Shown one piece after another: positions 44,972 through 54,014 of a stretch of 64,000 nucleotides of DNA. The stretch is from positions 32,001-96,000 of the IMG/VR virus record IMGVR_UViG_3300009503_000018; one strand, given 5' to 3'. Each line of letters opens with the position of its first letter. The first letter of the stretch is position 1. The stretch is from a virus. The translations under genes and the position numbers were made by a program. The notes below the pieces were generated by a model. That model had not been told where the DNA came from and ran no database searches. It was given only the letters and a program-made list of their open reading frames with translations.

Positions 44972-45229
44972 TTATCCTAAGTCCTTTACGCCATGATCCC
45001 TTGACAAATGATCGCGTAGATCTCCGCCATTTGTAAATACACGATTACAACCCGGATACCGACACTTCCACGGTCGTCCTTCAGATGGCGCCGCGATAGA
45101 AGGTCCGGCAGTGTGTGTAGGATTTGCGCCAGCACCCGACATACTTGCTCCGCCACCCATCGGAGATATGCCGGGACCGAGGACATCGGGTCCAGCCTTT
45201 TTCAGAAAGGCTCTTTTGCTCAAAAACAT
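44972..45229 (-). CDS. Small protein with a classical C2H2 zinc finger
   Basis: C-x4-C-x3-F-x5-L-x2-H-x4-H: CRYPGCNRVFTNGGDLRDHLSRDH. Confidence 0.7.
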   Translation of the reverse strand: MFLSKRAFLKKAGPDVLGPGISPMGGGASMSGAGANPTHTAGPSIAAPSEGRPWKCRYPGCNRVFTNGGDLRDHLSRDHGVKDLG

Positions 45230-45270
45230 GGTAACGTGACACCCCCAGTCAACAACTGGAACTTTTCATG

Positions 45271-45657
45271 TTAATTTCCAAATATGATACGTACAAGAAT
45301 CGGCGCAGCGACTGGAACATTCGCGTCAACGGAATTAGACCAAGCAGAGACCGTCGCCGCATCGGCAGTGTCAGCACGGAGCCAAAACCGAGTCGATCCT
45401 ACGCCCGTTACATTGACAAGAGTTGTGAATTCCTGACCACACGCAAATCCAGTTGGAAGAGCCACGGTAACAACCGTAGCTTTTGCATCTGGTTGAGTTC
45501 CAGCATTGGCCACAGGTTCATAAGCTAACTCATATTGCGTAATTGCGCCACAATCACTGTCTTGACGAAAGACAACTTGAGCAGGACCGCTTGCTAGACA
45601 CGAACAACTCAGAGCAAAAACAATGGGCAAAACATTACGAATCAGTTTAATAATCAC
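45271..45657 (-). CDS. Secreted/lipoprotein-like protein with fibronectin-III-like fold
   Basis: Hydrophobic leader; YELAY...FWLRA...SAWSNSV. Confidence 0.55.
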   Translation of the reverse strand: MIIKLIRNVLPIVFALSCSCLASGPAQVVFRQDSDCGAITQYELAYEPVANAGTQPDAKATVVTVALPTGFACGQEFTTLVNVTGVGSTRFWLRADTADAATVSAWSNSVDANVPVAAPILVRIIFGN

Positions 45658-45658
45658 C

Positions 45659-46219
45659 TTAATTCTCCTCTTCCCATGCCTTGATGAGGCTTATATGAAT
45701 TTTGCTGACACCTTCACGCTTCATACGTTCTACTACCCAATCGCCGAATTGGGCGGCTGCTGTTTCTCGGTCATATACTTTGGACTGATCCCGGGGATGA
45801 GAAAGAACGTCGGAATACTTCTTATGACAATTATCGCATTCGTAGGGATTTCCTTCTTTCGTTATATTTGGGGCTGAACAAGACTCGCACTCCCACAAAA
45901 TATGAACTTTATTTCCAACTAACGTGCGATAGGCAGCTTTCGCATAATCCTCTGTTGAATCTTCCTCGGCGATAAGACACCTTTCCTCGGTTCCCTCTTC
46001 TCCGACTCGAACAATGTAGGATCGGCCATCTTCCCCCGCTTCCATTTTCCATACTGGCTCATAATTGTCTCGAATACGATAGAGTCCCCCAACTTTAATT
46101 AAATCAGACCGTTTTACAATAGGCATAGGCGGCGGTTGGTTCCGCCCACGAACCCAATTTCGTAGATTTTCCCAATTAAAGCGCAATGTTGCCATTTCCC
46201 CTCCCCAAGGATTACTCAC
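45659..46219 (-). CDS. Hypothetical protein with Zn ribbon
   Basis: CESC...CDNC. Confidence 0.6.
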   Translation of the reverse strand: MSNPWGGEMATLRFNWENLRNWVRGRNQPPPMPIVKRSDLIKVGGLYRIRDNYEPVWKMEAGEDGRSYIVRVGEEGTEERCLIAEEDSTEDYAKAAYRTLVGNKVHILWECESCSAPNITKEGNPYECDNCHKKYSDVLSHPRDQSKVYDRETAAAQFGDWVVERMKREGVSKIHISLIKAWEEEN

Positions 46220-46275
46220 GAGAATTCAACTATTTTTTTATTCAAGAGAATACGTTTTCCCATAAAATAACCTAA

Positions 46276-47304
46276 CTATTGTTCAATTTGAAAGCGTCGA
46301 ATAAGCTTGTCAAAAGTCGTTGTTGAAATCTCTAAGATCTCCGCCGCCCGTTTCTTCGAACGAAACAGCTTTAAGCTAATAATCAGTATTATCTCTATTG
46401 GAGTATTGTATGATGACTGTAACCGATTGATGATCGGAGGCCATAGTTTCTTACATCGTTTTGAACAATAGCCAAAGCCTCTTTCAATAATAGTTTTTGT
46501 CGGTTTTAACTCATTTTGACAAAGCCTGTTTGCGCATTTCTTAGGCGTTCTGCGTCCTGGGATTGGCGTCCGTAATATAATGTTGGTGTTGCAATCATCA
46601 TCCGTACTTTGCTGAATATACTCCAGCGGCAAAGACGGAGATATTGGAGCTTCAAAAGGGACTTTTACTTGTTCAGTTGTTTTATATTCATTGATTATTT
46701 CAAATAACAAATTTCTCGATTGTTCGAGATTCAAATCTTGTCGGTTTCGCGCTTGGCTTAAAAGGTCTAAACGGCGCTGTTTAATAGCGTAATCAATAAA
46801 GTCCTCTTCGGGGGGTTGTGAAGAGTACACATACTCTTCTCCGACGGAGTTCATAAAATCCCCCAAGCGCTTTTCTATTTTGTCCTTACTGTCGTTGTCG
46901 TTGTTAAGGATCTCTCCTTTTAGTTCCTTTCGGAGTTTAAAAAGAGAAATTCCGAAACGCGAACGAAATTTTAAAATATAGTCGCGAATCGCGTTCCGAA
47001 CAACCGCTCTTACGTACAAATAGAATTCTTCTTCTGAAACAAACCGGGGCGGATGCTTATTAATTTTTTGTAAAAAATTAAGTAAGCTGAGATACCCCTC
47101 TTGTTCCAAATCTGCCCGATCATCCGGATTTGTGTGCGTCCCATATTCTTTGTGAATGAAGCCTTTAAGCCAAGGTTTGAGGACTTCGATTATTTCTTCG
47201 GGCGCGGGGGGACGATACTTGCGTACATATTTCCTTTTTCTATGCGCTGTTTTATTTTTATGTTGTTTGATAGTTGTGATATATTTATATTCTCTTCTTC
47301 GCAC
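46276..47304 (-). CDS. Phage sigma70-like factor with C-terminal Cys motif
   Basis: Region-2-like DLEQEGYLSLL...FYLYVRAVVRNAIRDY; CANRLC...YCSKRC; HTH-like KKRAAEILEIS. Confidence 0.6.
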   Translation of the reverse strand: MRRREYKYITTIKQHKNKTAHRKRKYVRKYRPPAPEEIIEVLKPWLKGFIHKEYGTHTNPDDRADLEQEGYLSLLNFLQKINKHPPRFVSEEEFYLYVRAVVRNAIRDYILKFRSRFGISLFKLRKELKGEILNNDNDSKDKIEKRLGDFMNSVGEEYVYSSQPPEEDFIDYAIKQRRLDLLSQARNRQDLNLEQSRNLLFEIINEYKTTEQVKVPFEAPISPSLPLEYIQQSTDDDCNTNIILRTPIPGRRTPKKCANRLCQNELKPTKTIIERGFGYCSKRCKKLWPPIINRLQSSYNTPIEIILIISLKLFRSKKRAAEILEISTTTFDKLIRRFQIEQ

Positions 47305-47463
47305 GCTGTTTTTCAGTCTTGGAAAATTGAGATCGTGCGTTTTTTGCGAAAACTGCCTCCTTTTGTTGTTGTAATGTTTTGATAGTTTCCTTTCTTAGAG
47401 CTACCAACCCCTTTTCATAACGCTTGAATGCTGCGTCAATCATACGAAAAACATCTTGGGGTA

Positions 47464-47979
47464 TCATGATTCACCAAAACGCGCTTGATAGTGCCAATTC
47501 CAGTATGTCACAATATTTTCTAGAGCTTCTTCTAATGTGGAAAATTTATGAGTTATTGTTTCGGTAATAAACGGATGATTTTGATACAAATAATTGTCTT
47601 CCTCGACGACGGCAATTATCGGCTTTTGATATTGCCACGCCCAAGCCATTTCGAAAAATGATCCAATCAGCGGCTTTTTGATTGGAATACCGCTATAGCC
47701 TTTTACTTTAAGATTGACGAGAAGAATGTGCGCCGATTTTACCATTGCATGATCGCGCATGAATACGGCGCTGTTCGGTATACTCGATGTAATCCCTCCA
47801 TCATTCGATGTGTTCAATTCTTTTTTCGCCATTGGCGACAATGGAATAATCCCATTAGCTCGCAAATACTCGCTTGCTTTTGCTCTCCATTCCGTGAAAT
47901 ACGGATCTTCCGTTGTAATAGTCCCCGCAAGATATACCCGTAAGGAGTCCTTTTTCAATTCAAAATTATTTTTTTTCAT
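47464..47979 (-). CDS. Nucleoside 2-deoxyribosyltransferase-like protein
   Basis: VYLAGTI, DHAMVKSAHILLVNL, IGSFFEMAWAW...KPII. Confidence 0.75.
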   Translation of the reverse strand: MKKNNFELKKDSLRVYLAGTITTEDPYFTEWRAKASEYLRANGIIPLSPMAKKELNTSNDGGITSSIPNSAVFMRDHAMVKSAHILLVNLKVKGYSGIPIKKPLIGSFFEMAWAWQYQKPIIAVVEEDNYLYQNHPFITETITHKFSTLEEALENIVTYWNWHYQARFGES

Positions 47980-48266
47980 AGATTCTCCTGATACTCAGGA
48001 ATATCACCGTTTTTCTTTACGGCCCCGTCTTCATATAAAGAAATGTATCTGCGATAAAATTCGAGGACTGCGCATATCAAAGTCCCTACTCCCAACGCAA
48101 GTGCCCAATACCTTTTCTCCGGTAGGACTTTGAGCAAAAGACGGGTCACTACATAATTGAGTTCGCCGGCGAACGCTGTATGTGATTTGTTCATACAAAT
48201 ATTCGCAGCAAGTTTCTCGATCCACGGATCTATTTCTTTTCTTCGCGTGTCTTCGATGTACGGCAT
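47976..48266 (-). CDS. Conserved phage hypothetical protein
   Basis: MPYI...GELNYVVTRLL...LEFYRR...YED...KNGD. Confidence 0.7.
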   Translation of the reverse strand: MPYIEDTRRKEIDPWIEKLAANICMNKSHTAFAGELNYVVTRLLLKVLPEKRYWALALGVGTLICAVLEFYRRYISLYEDGAVKKNGDIPEYQENL

Positions 48267-48751
48267 GTTAGCACTTGTTGTGCTGGCGTCGTTTCCAAAT
48301 ATTCCGCTGCCCGCCTGAGATATTCGGTATTGTCGCCGAATTTCGCGATTGCATTATTACAGCGCCAGCACAATATTCCTCGAATTTGGTCTCTAATTAA
48401 TTTCGGATCTTTCCGTTTTTCCCCTTTTTCGTGTCGATGATCCACGCTTAGGCTGACCGTTTTTGGTGATCTTCCACAAATCCAACATACCCCGTTTTGT
48501 GCGTAAAGTAAATTTTTGTACTCGGTTAGGGTTATACCATACGTCCTCAAGAGAGCACAATCCCGTTTTCGTTCTTTGACAGTATATTGCGCAATTTCAT
48601 TAACACATAATTTACATAAATATCGTTTGTCTGGTTCGGTCAATACCGTATCACACCGCGAACAGTGTCCTCGGCAGCGGGGACATATAGCCCACTTCTC
48701 TTTTTTATGTTTCGTAAATATGGACCGGCACCGTTTGCATTTTTTCCGCAT
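48230..48751 (-). CDS. Recombination endonuclease VII-like HNH nuclease
   Basis: YGITLTEY...QNGVCWIC...VDHRH...IRGILCWRCN. Confidence 0.85.
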   Translation of the reverse strand: MRKKCKRCRSIFTKHKKEKWAICPRCRGHCSRCDTVLTEPDKRYLCKLCVNEIAQYTVKERKRDCALLRTYGITLTEYKNLLYAQNGVCWICGRSPKTVSLSVDHRHEKGEKRKDPKLIRDQIRGILCWRCNNAIAKFGDNTEYLRRAAEYLETTPAQQVLTCRTSKTREEKK

Positions 48752-48752
48752 G

Positions 48753-49241
48753 CTACGCTGTCCATTCTTTACCGTCAAGGAGAATTGTTATTCCAAAATT
48801 TCCATCAATTAATTTATATTGAACACCAGATTCTCGCAGCAAGTTCAATCCTATATGGACCGCCTCTTCCCACCGTTCCGGAGCGTGGTCGTAAATTTTT
48901 TTATGTCCAATAACTTCGGTTATGCCACATTGAATAATCGCCCGCGCACAATCAGGACATGCAAACCACGGAACATACATTTTAGCACTACGCGTTGAAA
49001 TACCTCTTTTTGCCGCTGAAAAGAGGACATTCCTTTCCGCGTGTTCGACGTACTTGTATTTCAGCGGGCGCTCCCAGCGGTCACGAGTTTCCTTAACGCC
49101 TGTAGGAAAACAATTTGCCGCGTCCGCTAAAATATTTCCACACGCATCAACGAGAACGGCGCCGTTTTGTGTACTAGGATCGGTGCTATATTTCGCAGCA
49201 ACCTGATACGCCAATTTCAAATAAAAATAGTCGTCTCTCAT
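48753..49241 (-). CDS. dCMP deaminase
   Basis: STDPSTQNGAV, HAERN, FACPDCARAIIQCGI. Confidence 0.9.
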   Translation of the reverse strand: MRDDYFYLKLAYQVAAKYSTDPSTQNGAVLVDACGNILADAANCFPTGVKETRDRWERPLKYKYVEHAERNVLFSAAKRGISTRSAKMYVPWFACPDCARAIIQCGITEVIGHKKIYDHAPERWEEAVHIGLNLLRESGVQYKLIDGNFGITILLDGKEWTA

Positions 49242-49450
49242 TATTCTGATTCTTCTCTTTCGTCTTCCTCTTCTTCTGTGACGACTTCAAAAAATGTTTC
49301 GGTCTTTTTTTCGAAAGTTGTGACAATGAAACCCTTTTTATCGTATTCCGGTCCAACAAATGCTAGTGCTTCGTCCTTGGAGTTAAACATTTTAACAAAA
49401 GTGGGGTCGTTTTGATTAGTAACAACTGTAAATAGACTCTTTCGTGCCAT
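49241..49450 (-). CDS. Hypothetical protein with acidic tail
   Basis: GAGGA RBS, 69 aa. Confidence 0.6.
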   Translation of the reverse strand: MARKSLFTVVTNQNDPTFVKMFNSKDEALAFVGPEYDKKGFIVTTFEKKTETFFEVVTEEEEDEREESE

Positions 49451-49462
49451 TTATTCCTCCGT

Positions 49463-51496
49463 TTAATGTTCTCCTGAAAGGTCATATTCTTCGATATGGG
49501 TAACATGATTTTGTTTCACGGCTCGAATTTCTTTATCGAATCTCCCGCTATCGCGAACACTTCGATGGTTCGTAATAACAAGAACGGTCCTACCATCGCC
49601 GGTAAGATGTTCGAGAAGTTTGCACATTTGTTCTTCGCCCCAAGTATCCAAATTCGCAAATGGCTCATCCAGTAGCAACAAATTTACATTCGCATCTGCT
49701 TGTTCCATTGACAGATCTCCGAAAGCTCCAGTAATGGCCAAACTCAATGCGGCTTTTTCACCTCCTGAATAAAACCGTATCGGGACGTGTTTTTTATTTC
49801 CGTCTTTGACCAAAATGTCAAGTTCGGTTTTTACTCCTTTGCCATCTGCTTTTGGAACTTCTGTAACCAATTCTGCGTGAACTTCTCCATCCGTCAGGAT
49901 AGACAAATATTTAGCTAGTGAATTATTAAACGCGTCGCGACTCGAATGAATTTTGAACGATTTAAAACCTTTATCTCCAATAAGTTCTTCGCATCGCTCA
50001 ATATACTTAATGCTTTTTTCATTTTTCTCATTAATAGTAATTTGGTGCTGTAATTGCTTGTTAAGTTTTTCATATTGAGACCGGGAATTTTCGGCGGTTT
50101 CAATCTGTGTTTTCAACTGTGTATACGCTTGTGTAAGATGGAGTTGCTCAGCCAAGAGATCTTTCTTTTCCTCCTCAATTTTTTCCGGAATATGAACACC
50201 GGTCCCGATACACTCTTTTAGAGTTTTGAGTTGTTCTACTACCTTTTGTAGGTCGTTGCTTGCTGTTTGTAGAAGGGCGTGATTTGCCGTCATGTCAGCT
50301 TCATACGCCCGCATATCTCGTAATACTCCCTGTGTACTTTTCTGTGTAGAAAGCATTTGTTGGAGCGCGTCTTTTAGAGCGTCTCTCTTTTTCGTCAACT
50401 CTTTAATGGTCCGTGTATATTTCGTATGCAAACTTTGGCGCAACTCATCAGAAACCGCTTGTTCACACTCCGCACATTCCCCTTTCAAAGATTCCACATG
50501 TTGTAGCCGCATCTCCGCCTGCCGTACTTCCGCGTTTGCCATTGCATGTTTATTTTGGAGATCGCAGACTTGTGCATTAATCGCCTCAACTTCTGCTTCA
50601 AGCTGTGCCGACGTTTTAAATGTCGAAAACCGAAAACTAAAATCTTCTGCCTTTTGGCTGCACGTTTTCGCTAATTGCTGAACGCGATCTTTTAATAGAC
50701 GCTCTTTAGTTTGTAGTTCTGCAATAAGTCGAAGTTTCTTTGCCTCTTCTTCCAACGAGGCAAGTTCGTCTGCAATAACACGCAGTCGTGCTTGTTGTTC
50801 TTGGAGTTCCCGCGACCATTGAGCAATTTCTTCGGGTGCGACCAGTGTTTTTGCCATCGCGGCAACTTGCGCTTGAAGTGTTGTTACAACCCCTTGCCCT
50901 TTCAGCAATTCTTGACGCAGGGATTTTCTCCACTCGCTCGCCACTTTGATATATTTGTCGCACTCGTCGAGATTCAAGATATTTCCAAAAATAGCTTTCC
51001 GCTCTTTGTCAGTACGTGTAATAAAATCAGCTATTTTCGATTGTGGAATATACGCTTGATTGACGAATTGGTCATATGTCATTCGAATATGATCCCGAAT
51101 GATTTTTTTGGTATCCGTATTTCGAGCGCCTTTTTCTGGTTGCCAGTTTTGGCCGTCCCACCGATACAACGTCCAATGCGTGCCTTCCTTCGGATGCTGC
51201 CGTGCATAAACAACATAATACGGCACACCAGCATCGTCAATAAACGAAACTGCTATGCGACATCCCTGGTCACGTCGAACCGTATTAATGACGGTATCGT
51301 GAGTTGAACCGTCGTCGTTTTCTTCAAATAAAGCAGTCGTAATGGCTTTAAAAATAGAACTTTTTCCCGCCCCAGACGAAATACCACGATCACGATTTTC
51401 GCCGGTGACGAGATATAACTTCCCGGGCTCAAAATCGAGGACTTGTTTGTCCCCATAAGACCGAAACCCCTCAATTTCGACCGAACGAATGATCAT
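49463..51496 (-). CDS. sbcC: SbcC/Rad50/gp46-like SMC ATPase
   Basis: GAGKSSI, coiled coil with CAEC hook, YSGGEK, LLLDEPF, ITNH. Confidence 0.92.
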   Translation of the reverse strand: MIIRSVEIEGFRSYGDKQVLDFEPGKLYLVTGENRDRGISSGAGKSSIFKAITTALFEENDDGSTHDTVINTVRRDQGCRIAVSFIDDAGVPYYVVYARQHPKEGTHWTLYRWDGQNWQPEKGARNTDTKKIIRDHIRMTYDQFVNQAYIPQSKIADFITRTDKERKAIFGNILNLDECDKYIKVASEWRKSLRQELLKGQGVVTTLQAQVAAMAKTLVAPEEIAQWSRELQEQQARLRVIADELASLEEEAKKLRLIAELQTKERLLKDRVQQLAKTCSQKAEDFSFRFSTFKTSAQLEAEVEAINAQVCDLQNKHAMANAEVRQAEMRLQHVESLKGECAECEQAVSDELRQSLHTKYTRTIKELTKKRDALKDALQQMLSTQKSTQGVLRDMRAYEADMTANHALLQTASNDLQKVVEQLKTLKECIGTGVHIPEKIEEEKKDLLAEQLHLTQAYTQLKTQIETAENSRSQYEKLNKQLQHQITINEKNEKSIKYIERCEELIGDKGFKSFKIHSSRDAFNNSLAKYLSILTDGEVHAELVTEVPKADGKGVKTELDILVKDGNKKHVPIRFYSGGEKAALSLAITGAFGDLSMEQADANVNLLLLDEPFANLDTWGEEQMCKLLEHLTGDGRTVLVITNHRSVRDSGRFDKEIRAVKQNHVTHIEEYDLSGEH

Positions 51497-51628
51497 TGCT
51501 TGGTGACGACATCCTCAGTCAATGACAAGGACTTCTCAGGTTAACCTGAAGGCTCCGTCCAAGCCGAAGGATATTTATCGCTGCATTCACATCTCTGTCA
51601 AGTAGTAAACTACACGAACACGAGTGTA
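51483..51628 (-). ncRNA. omegaRNA/reRNA A of the resident TnpB (scaffold ends GTCGTCAC at 51503; guide CAAGCAATGATCATTCGTTC)
   Basis: Overlaps the tnpB 3' end; three hairpins GGCTT/GAGCC, TCAGG/CCTGA, GTCCT/AGGAT; GACG/CGTC pseudoknot; 5' end uncertain. Confidence 0.7.
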
Positions 51629-52640
51629 TTCGTTCTGACAATGTTTTTTGTCGAACCAATCCACATTGTGAACAGGTACTTGACGTGCCACGAGGTGGGA
51701 CCTTGACGAATCGGCGTCCAGCCTCTTCCGCTTTGACACCAAGAATGTCGAGGAATCGTGACCATGCAGCATCTGTTATAGATTTAGATTTATTGAGCCC
51801 GCTCGTTGACTTGTGTGTCATTTCACGCACATCTAAATCCTCAACGACGATCATTGCATTCTCAGAAACAATTCGATGGGCAAGTTTATGCTGAAAATCA
51901 TTTCGTTGATTTGTTATTTTCGCATATAACCTGGCGAGGTATGCTTTCGCCTTTTCTCGACGCTTCGAGCCTCGATTCTTTCGACTAAGCGCTCGCTGAG
52001 CTGCGCTCAGCCGCTCTTCAGTTTTTCGATACCATCGTGGATTCTCGATTTTTTCACCGGTAGACAACGTGGCAAAACTCTCTAAACCCATATCAATACC
52101 AATTTCTGCGGTTGCTTCAGGGTATGGTTTGGCAGGAACATCAGCGCAGGAAAATATCGCATACCATTTTCCTGCTCGACGCTTGAGGGTGAGCATCTTT
52201 GGTTTTCCAGTAATTGGTCGGTGAAACCGAATCCGAACACACCCAATACCACCAAGACGGATTTTCTTCGGGCTAATCAAACGAAAGCCAATATCCTGAG
52301 GCCATGTCAGGCTATTATAACGATCTCGTCCTTTGAACCTTGGATAACCAGGCTTTTCGCCATTTTTTACACGCCCGAAGAATTGTTGAAATGCAAAATC
52401 GACACGGTAAATTACCTGTTGAAGAACCTGCGCATAAATATTCGCGAATTCAGGTCGTTCTTGTTTGACAACGGGAAGTTCTTTTGATTGTTCAAAAAAG
52501 CCAATACGCACACCATGTTTCCAGGCTTCGCGCTCTTTGATCGCCGCATTGTACAATTCACGGCAATATCCAAGCCACAGGTCTAATTGTTGTGCTTGTA
52601 CCTTGGTTGGATATATGCGATATTTAAATGCTCTATGCAT
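51519..52640 (-). CDS. tnpB: RNA-guided endonuclease TnpB, catalytic residues intact
   Basis: RAFKYRIYPT HTH; RuvC-I GIDMG, RuvC-II VVEDL, Zn finger CSQCG...CSC, RuvC-III DRDVNAAINI; start chosen at ATG 52640. Confidence 0.95.
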   Translation of the reverse strand: MHRAFKYRIYPTKVQAQQLDLWLGYCRELYNAAIKEREAWKHGVRIGFFEQSKELPVVKQERPEFANIYAQVLQQVIYRVDFAFQQFFGRVKNGEKPGYPRFKGRDRYNSLTWPQDIGFRLISPKKIRLGGIGCVRIRFHRPITGKPKMLTLKRRAGKWYAIFSCADVPAKPYPEATAEIGIDMGLESFATLSTGEKIENPRWYRKTEERLSAAQRALSRKNRGSKRREKAKAYLARLYAKITNQRNDFQHKLAHRIVSENAMIVVEDLDVREMTHKSTSGLNKSKSITDAAWSRFLDILGVKAEEAGRRFVKVPPRGTSSTCSQCGLVRQKTLSERIHSCSCSLLLDRDVNAAINILRLGRSLQVNLRSPCH

Positions 52641-52668
52641 TAATAGACATATTAGGCTACGTACTTTA

Positions 52669-52692
52669 TAGTAGCGGCGGAGGGACTCGAAC
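52669..52692 (-). repeat. 24-nt exact copy of the tRNA-Leu 3' end
   Basis: tagtagcggcggagggactcgaac at 52669..52692 equals 23118..23141. Confidence 0.9.
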
Positions 52693-52941
52693 TCATTGCT
52701 TGGTATGCATTTCAAAAGCGAATGCTACTGTATACCCTTCAACTCGTTGTTCGTCAAGTACTGAATTTAACAGTTCTTTCGTCGGACATACAACGACTCG
52801 TCTTTTCTCTATACCTTCTTTCTGAAGGACCGCGACATATGAAACAGCGTTATGCTGTATAGATTTATGCACCGATAAAAGAAGATCTGCAAACTCATCA
52901 ACGGAAACTGGTTTTTCTATTTCTATATGTTTTCTATTCAT
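52693..52941 (-). CDS. Hypothetical protein between sbcD and sbcC
   Basis: 82 aa, coupled to sbcD; its TGA lies in the direct repeat. Confidence 0.65.
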   Translation of the reverse strand: MNRKHIEIEKPVSVDEFADLLLSVHKSIQHNAVSYVAVLQKEGIEKRRVVVCPTKELLNSVLDEQRVEGYTVAFAFEMHTKQ

Positions 52942-54014
52942 ATTGTATCAATCCGTCGTTCAATTTCTTTTAAATACTCCAGCAATTCCGGGTCATTATC
53001 GACTTGCTGCACGTAAGAAAGTAATTGCTTTCCAATTGGAATTCTTTTGTTGATTTTTGCATTGACATTTAAGGGAGTTGTCGCTTTCGCCTGCATACGG
53101 ACCTTTGCCGAAGCCGCCCCCATCGCCCGCAGGCGTTTCTCTAGTTCTCGTCGAACAGACACAGGAGCTTGACCATTATGTTCTACAACCATAAATACAA
53201 CATTGCCCACAACGTTTTTCTCAATTTGGAGCATTTCTTCTATATCACCAGCCCAAGTTTTCACAACATTAATGATTTTAGGAAAAGGCGATTCAACAAA
53301 TTCAACTGCAATCGACGATTCAACGTCGACAATAAGAGCCCCTTTCGCACCTTGATCGCCGTCTTGGACGCGCTCTAATGGCGTTCCAATATGCCAGGCA
53401 GGGACATTTTCAAATTTGAGTTCTTGACGTAAGTGAATATGCCCTCCCAGCACGTAGGATAATTCAGAACGGTCAATGGTTTCTCGGACAATTCCTGTTG
53501 TGGCGGCATATTTTCCATCTCGTGAATGTCCGATGACGGAATCATGGAAAAACAGAACATTAATATCGTGCGGACTTAAGTCATACTCGAACTGTGTGTA
53601 ACCATAGGGCAAAAAGTGCAATAACAGCCCATTAAAGTCTAGGACACCGGGCTTGTCAAACACAACAATTTTATCGTCGTCATTCCATATTTGTACGCCG
53701 TTATAACTGTGCCATTGTCCTGTCTTGTCATACAAATCGTGGTTGCCAAGAAGACACGCAATACGAACATTGTCGCGGCGAAATCGGTTGAGCCGCTCGT
53801 CCGCTAAGTCCCGCATCCATGCTGGTGGTCTGTGAGGTTTAAAGCGGTCTCCACCAAAAATTACTGCGTCGGCCTTTTTTTGTAAAGCAAGTTCTCGAAC
53901 CCAGTCCCACACATTCAGCGTATCAAGCAACCGGCTGTTAAAACCGGTTTTCTGGTCAATATGACCTTCGCTATATTCGCCGATGTGACCATCGCTAAAC
54001 ACGACGAGTTTCAT
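52938..54014 (-). CDS. sbcD: SbcD/Mre11/gp47-like nuclease
   Basis: FSDGHI, FGGDRF, LGNHD, FFHDS, GGHIH, HIGTP. Confidence 0.92.
   Translation of the reverse strand: MKLVVFSDGHIGEYSEGHIDQKTGFNSRLLDTLNVWDWVRELALQKKADAVIFGGDRFKPHRPPAWMRDLADERLNRFRRDNVRIACLLGNHDLYDKTGQWHSYNGVQIWNDDDKIVVFDKPGVLDFNGLLLHFLPYGYTQFEYDLSPHDINVLFFHDSVIGHSRDGKYAATTGIVRETIDRSELSYVLGGHIHLRQELKFENVPAWHIGTPLERVQDGDQGAKGALIVDVESSIAVEFVESPFPKIINVVKTWAGDIEEMLQIEKNVVGNVVFMVVEHNGQAPVSVRRELEKRLRAMGAASAKVRMQAKATTPLNVNAKINKRIPIGKQLLSYVQQVDNDPELLEYLKEIERRIDTI

Larger units (their letters stand above)
51503..52692 (-). mobile_element. TnpB-only IS200/IS605-family (IS1341-like) element
   Basis: tnpB plus right end; no tnpA; 12-bp direct repeat tcattgcttggt at 51493..51504 and 52693..52704. 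Confidence 0.8.

Noticed and set aside
27966-49241. Hypermodified-base pathway (dZ, hmU, 7-deazaguanine)
   Set aside because: No PurZ, hydroxymethylase or Que/Dpd genes recognised; a UDG-bearing protein argues against uracil-substituted DNA
51519-52640. Nuclease-dead TnpB (TldR-like repressor)
   Set aside because: All three RuvC acidic residues (D, E, D) are present
52669-52740. A complete third tRNA gene upstream of tnpB
   Set aside because: Only the T-loop and 3' acceptor strand are present; upstream bases are the coding end of 52693..52941 and give no D or anticodon arm
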